From Dehalococcoidia bacterium (GTDB lineage: Bacteria > Chloroflexota > Dehalococcoidia > Lucifugimonadales > UBA3495), in contig OZ253548.1 of the NCBI GenBank assembly GCA_965262595.1, positions 951,645 through 1,015,644 on the forward strand: a stretch of DNA of 64,000 bases. Reading direction: 5' to 3'. The translations under genes were made by a program, and so were the position numbers. Shown here piece after piece: positions 53,528 to 62,324 of this stretch. The notes below the pieces were generated by a model. That model was not told the DNA's origin. It ran no database searches and saw only the letters and a list, made by a program, of their open reading frames with translations. Each line of letters starts with the position of its first letter. Position 1 is the stretch's first letter.

Positions 53528-54637
53528 TTAATCCAGCCGGCCGCGAGCGGCGATGGGCCAATAGCCAACCAGCTTGCCATTGTTCACCGCCCGAACGTAA
53601 TCAAACTGGTTGACACAGAGGGCCAGGTTATAAGGAACCAGCCAGGCCTTGTCCTTGGGCATCAGCCGCCCCGAGGCCGACTCTTCCAATTCCAGAACGC
53701 CGTGTTCGGCGCTGAACCGGGTTGCGGCGGCCCCGTCCATTCCGTCCAGCGTGGGCAGGCCAAAATCCGGCCCGGTTGTCTTGTGGCCGGCGTCCACCAC
53801 CGCGCGGCCGGAGACCGGATGGCTGATAACCATGCAAAGCACCCGGGCCGCCGGCGCGAACTCCGGGCGGATTCGGCAATTTTCGGCATCCATTAACGGG
53901 TAAACCCCGGCTTGAACCTCGGTTACTCCGCTAATACCTGCCGCCACGTCATAGTTGTGGGTGCTGCCAACACTGACCACGGCCACCGGCAAGCCCGACC
54001 GCTCCAGCCGTTCCCTGGTATCCACCACCGGCTGCAGTCGACGGAGAGTTTCGGCCTTTAGAGCGGCTTGGTCGGTGAACGGCAAGGGCCCTTCATAGGC
54101 CATAATTCCCTGAAAATCCAGGCCGGGAGCGCGGGAAACGGCGGCGGCCAACTCGACGGCTTCCTGCCCTGGAGCTACACCCCCATAACCGTACCCGGCA
54201 TCGATGTCCACCAAAACCCCCAGAGACACCCCGGCATCGGTCGCCGCCTCCGACAAGTCGGCTATATTGCGCGGGCTGTCCACCGCCAGAGCAATCGCAG
54301 CGGTTCGAGCCAGTGCGCACAGACGTCTGATTTTGGGACGGGTGACCACCCGATTGGCAATAAGGATGTTGTCGAAACCGGCGCCGGCGAAGACTTCCGC
54401 CTCTCCAAGGGAATTAACGGCAATACCTCCGGCATGGCCACTGCCGCCCAGTTGCAAACGGGCAATATCAGGACACTGATGACAACTAACATGAGGACGA
54501 ATCTTGGCGTCGGCGTCGCGGAAAACGCGGTGCAGCGTCTCGATATTGCGGGCCATTAACTCCAGATCCACGACCAGAGCCGGGGAATCCAATTCTTCCT
54601 GGGGAGTGCCAACCGGTTGGAAAATCGGTCGCTCCAT
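53528..54637 (-). CDS. DSD1/D-TA family PLP enzyme, paralog
   Basis: 369 aa, colinear with the neighbouring paralog (DSPALVVDLELMARNI...IRPHVSCHQCPDIA...). Confidence 0.75.
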   Translation of the reverse strand: MERPIFQPVGTPQEELDSPALVVDLELMARNIETLHRVFRDADAKIRPHVSCHQCPDIARLQLGGSGHAGGIAVNSLGEAEVFAGAGFDNILIANRVVTRPKIRRLCALARTAAIALAVDSPRNIADLSEAATDAGVSLGVLVDIDAGYGYGGVAPGQEAVELAAAVSRAPGLDFQGIMAYEGPLPFTDQAALKAETLRRLQPVVDTRERLERSGLPVAVVSVGSTHNYDVAAGISGVTEVQAGVYPLMDAENCRIRPEFAPAARVLCMVISHPVSGRAVVDAGHKTTGPDFGLPTLDGMDGAAATRFSAEHGVLELEESASGRLMPKDKAWLVPYNLALCVNQFDYVRAVNNGKLVGYWPIAARGRLD

Positions 54638-54920
54638 TGGCTAATTCCTCTTTTAAGGGCTGGCTAAGGATGTGTATTGTGGGCAGAATATCACAAAACC
54701 GATGTCGCGGCAGCAACAACTTATGGCTCCATGCCGGCCAAAGGCGGCCTTCCCCGGATTGGGTATGGGCCGGACTACTCCGCTTGCATTTCCAAATATC
54801 CAATGCAACAATACATCTAAAATCGCCCTGTTGGCTACCCGAAATCCGCCAACCCTGGAAACCCGATAACTAAGGTTTAGTTTCGGACCGTTGAACCAAG
54901 GTTGTTCCAGGAGACACCCT

Positions 54921-56123
54921 ATGCCCGGACTGCTCGAAGGAGTCAAGGTCATTGACTTGACTCATTACTTTTCCGGCCCCTATTGCACCAAACTGCTGGC
55001 CACCCTGGGGGCTGAAGTCGTCAAAGTAGAGCGGCCCGGCTCCGGCGACCCCATACGGCAGCTCCCGCCCTTTGCCAGCAAACGGCTGGAAGGGGAGAGC
55101 GGCGCCTGGTTCCTCTACCTCAATACTTCCAAGAAGAGCATAACCCTGGACCTGAAATCCGAGCGGGGGCGGGAGATAATCCTTGAGCTGGCCCGTTCCG
55201 CAGATATACTGGTTGAAAATTTCTCTCCCGGAGTAATGGAACGGTTGGGACTGGGTTACGAAGCCTTGAACCGGCAAAATCCAGCCCTGGTTATGACCTC
55301 CATTTCCAACTTTGGGCAGACCGGACCCTACCGGGACTGGAGAGCGGCAGAAATTAACCTGTACGCCACCGGCGGCCTGATGAACATTACCGGCGAACCG
55401 GACCAGCCACCGTTGAAAGAGGGCGCCCCGTTGGCCCAACTTGGCGCCGGTCAAAATGCTTTTGTTGCCACTATGACCGCCCTGCTCCATGCCGAAGACA
55501 CCGGAGAGGGGCAGCACATTGATCTGGCCATCGCCGAGTACGCCACTAACATATTGGAAAACGCCCTGATGCAATACAGCTACTCCGGCAGGGAGTTTAC
55601 CCGCGTGGGCAACCGGGGCTACGGTAGAGCCGCCTGGGGCATCTACCCCTGCCAGGACGGGTTTGTGGGAATTATCGCCGGGCCGGACCAGAACTGGCCC
55701 GAGGTGGCTAACGTTATGGAACGGGAAGAGTTGGCCGACCCTCGGTTCGCCTCCCGGCAAGGCCGCCTGCTTAACGCCGACGAGGTGGACGCCCTGATGC
55801 TTCCCTGGCTTTTGGAAAACGACAAGGTTGATATCTTCAAGGCCGGGCAAGACCACGGTCTGGGCTTTTCCTTCGTCGCCAGTATGCAGGACATTCTGGA
55901 GATGGAGCAGTTGGTGGAACGGGGCTATTTTGTTGAGTTGGAGCATCCGGTGGCCGGAGCTTTGAAGTACCCCGGCCCGCCGATCAGCCCGGCCATTGAT
56001 GGAGTGGAAGCCTGGGTTTACCGTCGCGCCCCGCTGCTGGCCGAACACTGTTTGGAAGTCCTGGGGCGGCTGGGCTATTCCAGTCAGGACGTTGAGCGTC
56101 TCCACGCCGAAGGAGTCATTTAG
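54921..56123 (+). CDS. Family III CoA-transferase (CaiB/BaiF/Frc type)
   Basis: ATG at 54921 behind AGGAGA. LEGVKVIDLTHYFSGPYCTKLLATLGAEVVKVERP..GD, the family III N-terminus. Confidence 0.85.
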   Translation: MPGLLEGVKVIDLTHYFSGPYCTKLLATLGAEVVKVERPGSGDPIRQLPPFASKRLEGESGAWFLYLNTSKKSITLDLKSERGREIILELARSADILVENFSPGVMERLGLGYEALNRQNPALVMTSISNFGQTGPYRDWRAAEINLYATGGLMNITGEPDQPPLKEGAPLAQLGAGQNAFVATMTALLHAEDTGEGQHIDLAIAEYATNILENALMQYSYSGREFTRVGNRGYGRAAWGIYPCQDGFVGIIAGPDQNWPEVANVMEREELADPRFASRQGRLLNADEVDALMLPWLLENDKVDIFKAGQDHGLGFSFVASMQDILEMEQLVERGYFVELEHPVAGALKYPGPPISPAIDGVEAWVYRRAPLLAEHCLEVLGRLGYSSQDVERLHAEGVI

Positions 56124-57398
56124 TTGAGCAAAGGACAACCCCTGGAGAATTTTCGCATTCTTGACCTTTCCCGTATTTGGGCCGGGCCTTACTGTACCAA
56201 GCTGTTAGCGGATATGGGAGCGGAAGTAATCAAGATGGAATCCATGCGGGTTTACGATTCCCATCGCGGGCCGGTAAGCCCGGCTCCCGGCATCGCCGCT
56301 TACCCGGACTCCGACCCGGGGGAAGAGCCCTGGAACCGCAATGGGTGGTTTAACTGCCTCCACATGAGCAAATACGGCATTACCCTGGAGTTGACCGAAG
56401 AAAGGGGCCGCCGCGTCTTTGAGCGGCTGGTTTCAATCAGTGACGTAGTGGTGGAAAACTTCCGGCAGGGCAGCCTGGCCCGTCTGGGTTACACTTACGA
56501 AACCCTCAAACAAGTCCGGCCCGATCTGATTTATGCCTCAATGCCCGCCTTCGGCAACAGCGGGCCGTGGCAAAATTACGTGGCCTACGGGATAGGACAG
56601 GAGCAACTGTCCGGCATGGCTCACATGACCGGCTACGCTTACGACGGGCCGATGAAGTCCGGCATTAATCACGGCGACCCCATCACCGGCTCCCACGCCG
56701 CCGGAGTACTGCTCGCCGCCCTGCGCTACCGGCGCCGCACCGGACGGGGTATGTTCGTTGACGTTTCTCAGCAAGAGTCGGCAGTATCCCTTATCGGCGG
56801 CGAGGCGTTGGCCTACCAGATTAGCGGTCAGGAACCGGAGCGAATAGGCAATCACTCTCCCTACGTTGCGCCGCATAACGCCTATCCCTGCGCCGGTGAC
56901 GACCGTTGGGTCACCATTGCCGCCACCAACGACGGCGAGTGGCAACAATTGGCCGAGGTTATTGGCCGACCGGAGTTGGCGGCAGATGCGCTCTACGCTA
57001 CCAATGCCGACCGCCGGAATAACCAGCGGGAATTGGACCGGATTATCGGGGAATGGACCGCAAACCGGGATATGTGGGACATCACCCGCCAGCTCCAGGA
57101 ACGAGGAATACCTACCGGCCCAGTGCTGCGGGGGCCGGATCTGCTGGAAGATCCCCATTACACCGACCGCAGCACCTTTAACTACGTTGATCACCCCCAA
57201 GCCGGGCCGAAATGGTACCAGGGGTTTGCCTGGAAGATGTCGGCCACGCCGGGCCGGATTCATTGGCCGTCACCAACCCTCGGTCAGCACAACCGGCAAA
57301 TATATCGGGAACTATTGGGGCTGAGCGAAGAGGAAATTGATGGCCTGGAGGAAAACGGGGTTATTGGCACCAAGCCCACCGGCTCGCGGATAATCTAG
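56124..57398 (+). CDS. Family III CoA-transferase, second paralog
   Basis: TTG start immediately after the upstream stop. LENFRILDLSRIWAGPYCTKLLADMGAEVIKMES. Confidence 0.85.
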   Translation: MSKGQPLENFRILDLSRIWAGPYCTKLLADMGAEVIKMESMRVYDSHRGPVSPAPGIAAYPDSDPGEEPWNRNGWFNCLHMSKYGITLELTEERGRRVFERLVSISDVVVENFRQGSLARLGYTYETLKQVRPDLIYASMPAFGNSGPWQNYVAYGIGQEQLSGMAHMTGYAYDGPMKSGINHGDPITGSHAAGVLLAALRYRRRTGRGMFVDVSQQESAVSLIGGEALAYQISGQEPERIGNHSPYVAPHNAYPCAGDDRWVTIAATNDGEWQQLAEVIGRPELAADALYATNADRRNNQRELDRIIGEWTANRDMWDITRQLQERGIPTGPVLRGPDLLEDPHYTDRSTFNYVDHPQAGPKWYQGFAWKMSATPGRIHWPSPTLGQHNRQIYRELLGLSEEEIDGLEENGVIGTKPTGSRII

Positions 57399-57412
57399 TA
57401 ACGGGGGACCGC

Positions 57413-57754
57413 ATGGACTCAGGCACAGAAGCCATTTATCAAGAATTACTCATGGTCGCCAAGAGTAGCAATCTTACTTACTACTCAGACATCGCCCCTC
57501 TGGCCGACCTGGACATGGGTCTCCCTCCAGACCGAAACCGGATAGCCTCTATATTGGACGAAATCAGCAGAAGTGAACACAGAAATGGTCGGCCGCTTTT
57601 GTCGGCTGTTGTAGTCTTAAAGGTGGAGAACATCCCTGGCGAAGGATTCTTTGGTCTAGCCAAGGACCTAAAATTGCACGACGGAAGCGAAGATGTAGTG
57701 TACTGGGTGAGAGAGGTCCAACGCGTTCACAACTATTGGTCTAGTCACGAGTAA
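57413..57754 (+). CDS. Small hypothetical protein, possibly winged-helix (MGMT/Atl-like DNA-binding pattern), low GC
   Basis: 113 aa. ...NLTYYSDIAPLADLDMG......IASILDEIS..EH.NGRPLLSAVVVLK..NIPGEGFF resembles the ITY.ELA...LG.I......G.P.L.ALVV......PG.GF pattern; the match is weak. Confidence 0.35.
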   Translation: MDSGTEAIYQELLMVAKSSNLTYYSDIAPLADLDMGLPPDRNRIASILDEISRSEHRNGRPLLSAVVVLKVENIPGEGFFGLAKDLKLHDGSEDVVYWVREVQRVHNYWSSHE

Positions 57755-57808
57755 ACAGACGCCACTCTTTTCAACAGATTCGCTACGAGGAAAAAAGGAG
57801 GAATAACC

Positions 57809-58582
57809 TTGACCACCCAAACCGAACCTGAAGCGTTATACGAAATTAAAGACGGAATCGCCTATATCACGATGAACCGCCCGGAGAAGCTCAACGCTAT
57901 AGACCCGGCGATGCGCCAGCTTCTGTGGGACGCATTTCAGGACGTGAAGCACAACCCGGAAGTTCGCTGCGCCATCGTTACCGGTCGGGGACGGGCCTTT
58001 TCCACCGGCCATGACTTGGTGGCAATGGCCAATGCGCGGGCCAATGAAGGACCCAGCACCGGCGACCTGTACGTGGTCCAATCCAACATCTGGAAGCCCA
58101 TCATCGCTGCGATCAACGGCATCTGCCTGGCTCAAGGCTGCGGCATCGCCCTGGGCAGCGACATCCGCATTGCTTCTAATGAGGCCCAGTTCGGCTGGCC
58201 CCAGGTCAAGCGGGGTATTTCATCGGTCAGTGGGCCGGCCCTGCTGGCTCAAGTGGTGCCCCGGAACATCGCTTTTGAGATCCTCTTTACGGGCGACTTC
58301 ATTGACGCCCAACGCGCCCTCGAGTTGATGCTGGTTAATCACATAGTACCGGTAGAAGAGGTGATGTCCAAGGCCGAGGAAATTGCCCGAAAGATAGTGG
58401 CTAACGCTCCCCTTTCTTTGGCGGCAATCAAGGAAGCCTCAGTAAACGGAGCGGCCATGGACCTGGAAAGGCGGGTGGCTTACGCCCAGAACAAGCGGGA
58501 CGTGGTGCTCCATACCGAGGACGCCACGGAAGGGGTGCTGGCCTTTACCGAGCGGCGCGCCCCAGTCTGGAAAGGCCGCTGA
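57809..58582 (+). CDS. Enoyl-CoA hydratase/isomerase family protein
   Basis: TTG start behind AAAGGAGGA. GIAYITMNRPEKLNAI...VTGRGRAFSTGHDL...IAAINGICLAQGCGIALGSDIRIAS. Confidence 0.85.
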   Translation: MTTQTEPEALYEIKDGIAYITMNRPEKLNAIDPAMRQLLWDAFQDVKHNPEVRCAIVTGRGRAFSTGHDLVAMANARANEGPSTGDLYVVQSNIWKPIIAAINGICLAQGCGIALGSDIRIASNEAQFGWPQVKRGISSVSGPALLAQVVPRNIAFEILFTGDFIDAQRALELMLVNHIVPVEEVMSKAEEIARKIVANAPLSLAAIKEASVNGAAMDLERRVAYAQNKRDVVLHTEDATEGVLAFTERRAPVWKGR

Positions 58583-58656
58583 CCTCACCTCGAAAGTCAC
58601 GGTTGGCGGGGTGAACCGGAAAAAGCAGGACGCAACCGAGAAATCGATATCGCAAC

Positions 58657-58694
58657 ACAGGCTTGGCCGCAACACGGTCAAGCCTGTTTGTTTT
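58657..58694 (+). terminator. Intrinsic terminator after the hydratase gene
   Basis: ACAGGCTTG (58657-58665) pairs with CAAGCCTGT (58678-58686), followed by TTGTTTT. Confidence 0.7.
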
Positions 58695-58894
58695 AGGTGT
58701 GTTAGTCCTCGAAATGGTCATGTGGCGCTGAGACAATCCCCAAGGTATCGCAGAGAAGGGCAATTTGATTTTCCCTGGCAACGATTGCCGGGTCACCTGG
58801 CTGGGCAGTCCTACAACTACACAGCGGCGCGATGCCCGCCAGGGCAACGTCGGGAATTGTCCCCGGTACCCTGGAGATTGACCTGCCGGACAGC

Positions 58895-58921
58895 AAAAAG
58901 CCGGGACATTCACTGTCCCGG
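58895..58921 (-). terminator. Intrinsic terminator after the D-aminoacylase gene
   Basis: On the minus strand: CCGGGACAGTGAATGTCCCGG followed by CTTTTT. Confidence 0.7.
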
Positions 58922-58934
58922 AAATATGCTGCCG

Positions 58935-60494
58935 CTATTGGGAACGCAACGCTCGGCCCGGCAATGCACCGGTGTGAATACCCTGGTCGATAACCGGTTG
59001 TCCATTGACAATAACGTAGTCAATACCTACCGGGTATTGCTTCGGCTGCTCAAAAGTGGCTTTGGCTTCGACTCGCTCCGGGGCGAAGATGACCAAATCC
59101 GCCTTCATCCCGTCACGAATGATTCCGCGGTCCGTTAGCCCCAACCGCTGGGCCGGAATGGAGGTCATCTTCCGCACCGCCTCCTCTAACCGAAACAAGC
59201 CCTCTTCCCTGACAAATTGCCCCAAGACGTAAGGGAAAGTGCCGTAAGTCCTGGGATTAGGCTGGCTGCCGGTCAGCAGCCCGTCCGAGCCAACCATCTG
59301 CGCCGGGTGCCTGGCGATGGTGCGAATATTATCCGGGTTTCCGGTTCGGGCTACAAAGGCAACGTTCAGGTTTTCCTCGATTAGCAAATCGCAGATCGCG
59401 TCAACCATCGATTTACCCTGATGTTGGGCCAGGTCAACCAGCGAACGACCCTCCCACTCCTTGTTTTTGTCCGAACCGACGTGACTGAAGATATAGTGAT
59501 CCAGGGTTAACCCCCATTGGGGTTCCACCGAGTCTCCCATTTCGTCCCGAATGCTCCGCTGCTGAATTCGTTCCAGCAGTACCGCGGGTCCCCCGGCGTG
59601 TACCCAATAGGGCAGCAAGGAGTGCAGCACCGTACTGGCGGCGGCATAAGGATACTGGTCGAAGGTTAGGTCAATTCCCGCATTGCGGCCCTCATCCACC
59701 AGGGCCACCATCCGCTCACCCATCCCGTCCACCGGATTGTGGTAATGGGAAATATGGACCGGCACCCCACTACGTTGGCCGATATTTATCGCCTCCCGGA
59801 AGGGGTCGAGCAGGCGGTCGCCCAGGCTGTAACGGGCGTGAGTCATATAGAAGCCGCCGAAGTCCTTGACTGCCTCACTGACCGCCACCAACTCGTCAGT
59901 ATCACTATAGGCCCCCGGCGGATAGGTCAGGCCGGTGGCGAAACCGAAGGCGCCGTCCCGCATACCCTGGCGGGCTAATTCTTGCATCCGGGCCAGCTCA
60001 GACGCGTTGGGCAGCCGGTCATCCCAACCCATCGCTTCAACCCGTATGGCGGCGTGGGGCACGAAGTAAACGACGTTACAGGCCACGTTCCCATCGAACA
60101 GGTCCAGAAAGTCCTTCACGCTGCTCCAGCGCATATCCGGCGGAGGATTCCCATTGACCGCCGCCAGGTAAGTAAGCAACTGCTCCAACTTGGCCGGAGA
60201 GGTAGGAGCATAGGACAAGCCGTCCATTCCCAGAGCGTCCGTAGTCACACCCTGGCGCAATTTAGCCTCGTGCCTGGGGTCGGTCAAAAGCAGCAAGTCG
60301 GAATGGGAATGCATATCAATGAAGCCCGGGCAGACCACGGATTCGTTGGCCTCAATAATGCGCGCCGACTCAACTGCGGAAGTGTCGCCGCGCAACACGG
60401 AAACGGTATCCCCGCTTACGGCCACACTACCCCGGAACCAGGTTTGGCCGGTGCCATCAATGATGCGACCACCATTAATCAATAAATCAAACAT
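58935..60494 (-). CDS. N-acyl-D-amino-acid deacylase (D-aminoacylase), amidohydrolase superfamily
   Basis: 519 aa. MFDLLINGGRIIDGTG...VCPGFIDMHSHSD...and a C-terminus typical of the D-aminoacylase family. Confidence 0.8.
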   Translation of the reverse strand: MFDLLINGGRIIDGTGQTWFRGSVAVSGDTVSVLRGDTSAVESARIIEANESVVCPGFIDMHSHSDLLLLTDPRHEAKLRQGVTTDALGMDGLSYAPTSPAKLEQLLTYLAAVNGNPPPDMRWSSVKDFLDLFDGNVACNVVYFVPHAAIRVEAMGWDDRLPNASELARMQELARQGMRDGAFGFATGLTYPPGAYSDTDELVAVSEAVKDFGGFYMTHARYSLGDRLLDPFREAINIGQRSGVPVHISHYHNPVDGMGERMVALVDEGRNAGIDLTFDQYPYAAASTVLHSLLPYWVHAGGPAVLLERIQQRSIRDEMGDSVEPQWGLTLDHYIFSHVGSDKNKEWEGRSLVDLAQHQGKSMVDAICDLLIEENLNVAFVARTGNPDNIRTIARHPAQMVGSDGLLTGSQPNPRTYGTFPYVLGQFVREEGLFRLEEAVRKMTSIPAQRLGLTDRGIIRDGMKADLVIFAPERVEAKATFEQPKQYPVGIDYVIVNGQPVIDQGIHTGALPGRALRSQ

Positions 60495-60654
60495 AGCTCC
60501 AACCTCGTTTTCTTTCTGGCATATGTTAGCGGTATTATGCTAAATAACCCGTGTATTTACTCAGTTCTTTCGATAATCCTTATATTATGGATCTATTTTA
60601 GACCATAACCAACAAATAAACCTATTATATGACCGTATTGCTTCATTGTACGGT

Positions 60655-60683
60655 TTGACAACCTCTACCAATACAGATAATAT
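60655..60683 (+). promoter_or_regulatory. Near-consensus sigma70-type promoter
   Basis: TTGACA (60655-60660), 17 nt, TAATAT (60678-60683), in an AT-rich intergenic tract. Confidence 0.45.
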
Positions 60684-60723
60684 CACTTTGAACGCACCCA
60701 AAACAAAGGGTGGAGGATTAAGG

Positions 60724-60894
60724 ATGCGTGTAAGTTTATCACGTAAATCCCAGGTTGAACCTGACTCTAGTCCGCCGGAGTGCCCTGAGTACTCCAGTTG
60801 TATGTTCTGGCGCAGATATTATCGCGATGAGGCGGCTTCTCACACCGGGCACACCTCTTCTCAGCGCAACCGCCAGCTTCCCTGCGAGCCTTAG
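60724..60894 (+). CDS. Candidate small ORF (56 aa, Cys/Ser/Arg-rich), unknown function
   Basis: GGTGGAGGA-ttaagg-ATG lies about 35 nt downstream of the promoter above. The product is MRVSLSRKSQVEPDSSPPECPEYSSCMFWRRYYRDEAASHTGHTSSQRNRQLPCEP. I recognise no homology. Confidence 0.25.
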   Translation: MRVSLSRKSQVEPDSSPPECPEYSSCMFWRRYYRDEAASHTGHTSSQRNRQLPCEP

Positions 60895-61111
60895 CTACTT
60901 CCAAGTCCACATTTAGAGTTTCTTTCGAGCCGGTCAGTCCAGGCTTCTTACGGCTATGCCGGTAAAATCGGGCTTTCCAGCGCTTGAACAGGTTCTCGCT
61001 ACCAAGAGACAAAGCTTTTTACAGCTATTGGCGTGATATCCGTGCACCTCTGCGTTTCGCTTAATCGCCCTGTTCGAAATCGGTAAAACAACTAACAAAG
61101 GAGACATTTAT

Positions 61112-61480
61112 ATGCGAATACTTATGCGGTCGAAAATTCACCGAGCCACAGTCACCAACTGCGACGAAGACTACATCGGCAGCATCGTCATTGACCAGGA
61201 CTTGATGGACCGGTCGGATATTTGGGAGCATGAAAAAGTGCTGATCTGCGACATAGACAACGGTAACCGCTTCGAGACGTACGCGATTTCCGGCGCCCGC
61301 GGGAGTGGCATAATATCCGTGCAGGGTGCGGCCGCCAAGCTGACCAACCCCGGAAACAAGGTCATCATTATGGCCTTCGAAGTTACCGATGTGCCGGTGG
61401 AGCCCCGAGCAATTCTGGTCAACCAGACTAACGAGTTTGTGGAGTACTTGTCGGGAGTGGAGAATGCCATCAAGGTATAG
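61112..61480 (+). CDS. panD: Aspartate 1-decarboxylase (pyruvoyl-dependent)
   Basis: 122 aa. MRILMRSKIHRATVT..DEDYIGSIVIDQDLMD (Gly-Ser self-cleavage site)...ISGARGSG.I..NGAAA. Confidence 0.95.
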   Translation: MRILMRSKIHRATVTNCDEDYIGSIVIDQDLMDRSDIWEHEKVLICDIDNGNRFETYAISGARGSGIISVQGAAAKLTNPGNKVIIMAFEVTDVPVEPRAILVNQTNEFVEYLSGVENAIKV

Positions 61481-62282
61481 TGAATCCGAAACCGAAGAAT
61501 ATTACGACCACGAGGATGCGGTTTACCGGGCCCTATGGGACAAGGATGGCAGTGTCCATTGGGGTTTGTTCGAAGACGGCGCCAATATGTCCTTCCTGGA
61601 GGCCGGGGCCAACCTGAACACGGTGATGCAACGGCGGGGGCGCCTGGACTCCGATTCCAGGGTGATTGACGTAGGATGCGGCAGCGGCACCACCGCGATT
61701 GCTGTATGCCGGGCTTTGGGTTGCCACGTCACCGGGGTTGACCTGAGCGGCGTGCGAATTGCCAACGCCATTGAATCCCTGAAAGAGCAGACGCCACAAA
61801 TACAGGGGAAGATTGCTTTCGAAAAGGCATCGGCCACCGACTTGCCTTTTGAGGCGGCAACCTTTTCCCGTGCCTGGAGCCAGGCAACCATTTATCACGT
61901 GCCGGACAAAATAACGGTGCTCCGGGAAGTTTACCGGGTATTGCAACCGGGCGGGATTTTCGTTTTTGACGACCTGATTAAGCCTCAGCCAAACATTGGC
62001 GAGGCTGCCCGCAAGTTCGTTTACGAGCGGCTGCTTTACGACACGGACTTCAGCTTCCAGTCTTACCAGGACACCTTGAAGTCGGTCGGGTTCAACGTTC
62101 TGGAAGCCGAGGACATTTCCCGCCATCTGAAGACCAGCTACCAAATGCTTAGCGATGCCGCCGCCCAGGGTAACCAAGAACATCCCGAACGGTTTGACTT
62201 CCTCGCCGAAGCCTACAACGAAACCGCTCTGGCCGTTGACCGTAAAGAGGTGGGCTGGGCAATGTTCGTCTGCCAGAAGTAG
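61464..62282 (+). CDS. Class I SAM-dependent N-methyltransferase, sarcosine/dimethylglycine N-methyltransferase (SDMT)-like
   Basis: ATG at 61464 behind GGAG, overlapping the panD end by 17 nt. YYDHEDAVYRALWDKDGSVHWGLF...VIDVGCGSGTTA...LPFE...WSQATIYHV...VLQPGGIFVFDD...GWAMFVCQK is colinear with cyanobacterial/halophile SDMT as I remember it. Confidence 0.7.
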   Translation: MPSRYSESETEEYYDHEDAVYRALWDKDGSVHWGLFEDGANMSFLEAGANLNTVMQRRGRLDSDSRVIDVGCGSGTTAIAVCRALGCHVTGVDLSGVRIANAIESLKEQTPQIQGKIAFEKASATDLPFEAATFSRAWSQATIYHVPDKITVLREVYRVLQPGGIFVFDDLIKPQPNIGEAARKFVYERLLYDTDFSFQSYQDTLKSVGFNVLEAEDISRHLKTSYQMLSDAAAQGNQEHPERFDFLAEAYNETALAVDRKEVGWAMFVCQK

Positions 62283-62324
62283 CCAAATCGAACGCATCAA
62301 TTTGTCGCATTCAAGGACAAGAGC

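Noticed and set aside
52847-53896. 349-aa + strand ORF spanning two genes
   Set aside because: It runs antisense across both DSD1-family genes and their intergenic gap. It has no recognisable motifs.
54870-56138. 422-aa minus-strand ORF
   Set aside because: It is antisense to the family III CoA-transferase gene, whose + strand product has unmistakable family motifs.
60767-61012. 81-aa minus-strand ORF whose N-terminus (SENLFKRWKARFYRHSRKKPG) faintly recalls the start of retron/DGR/group II reverse transcriptases
   Set aside because: Only about 20 residues of loose similarity. No RT motifs (YxDD and others) follow, and there is no associated ncRNA or repeat. The evidence is too weak to call even a remnant.
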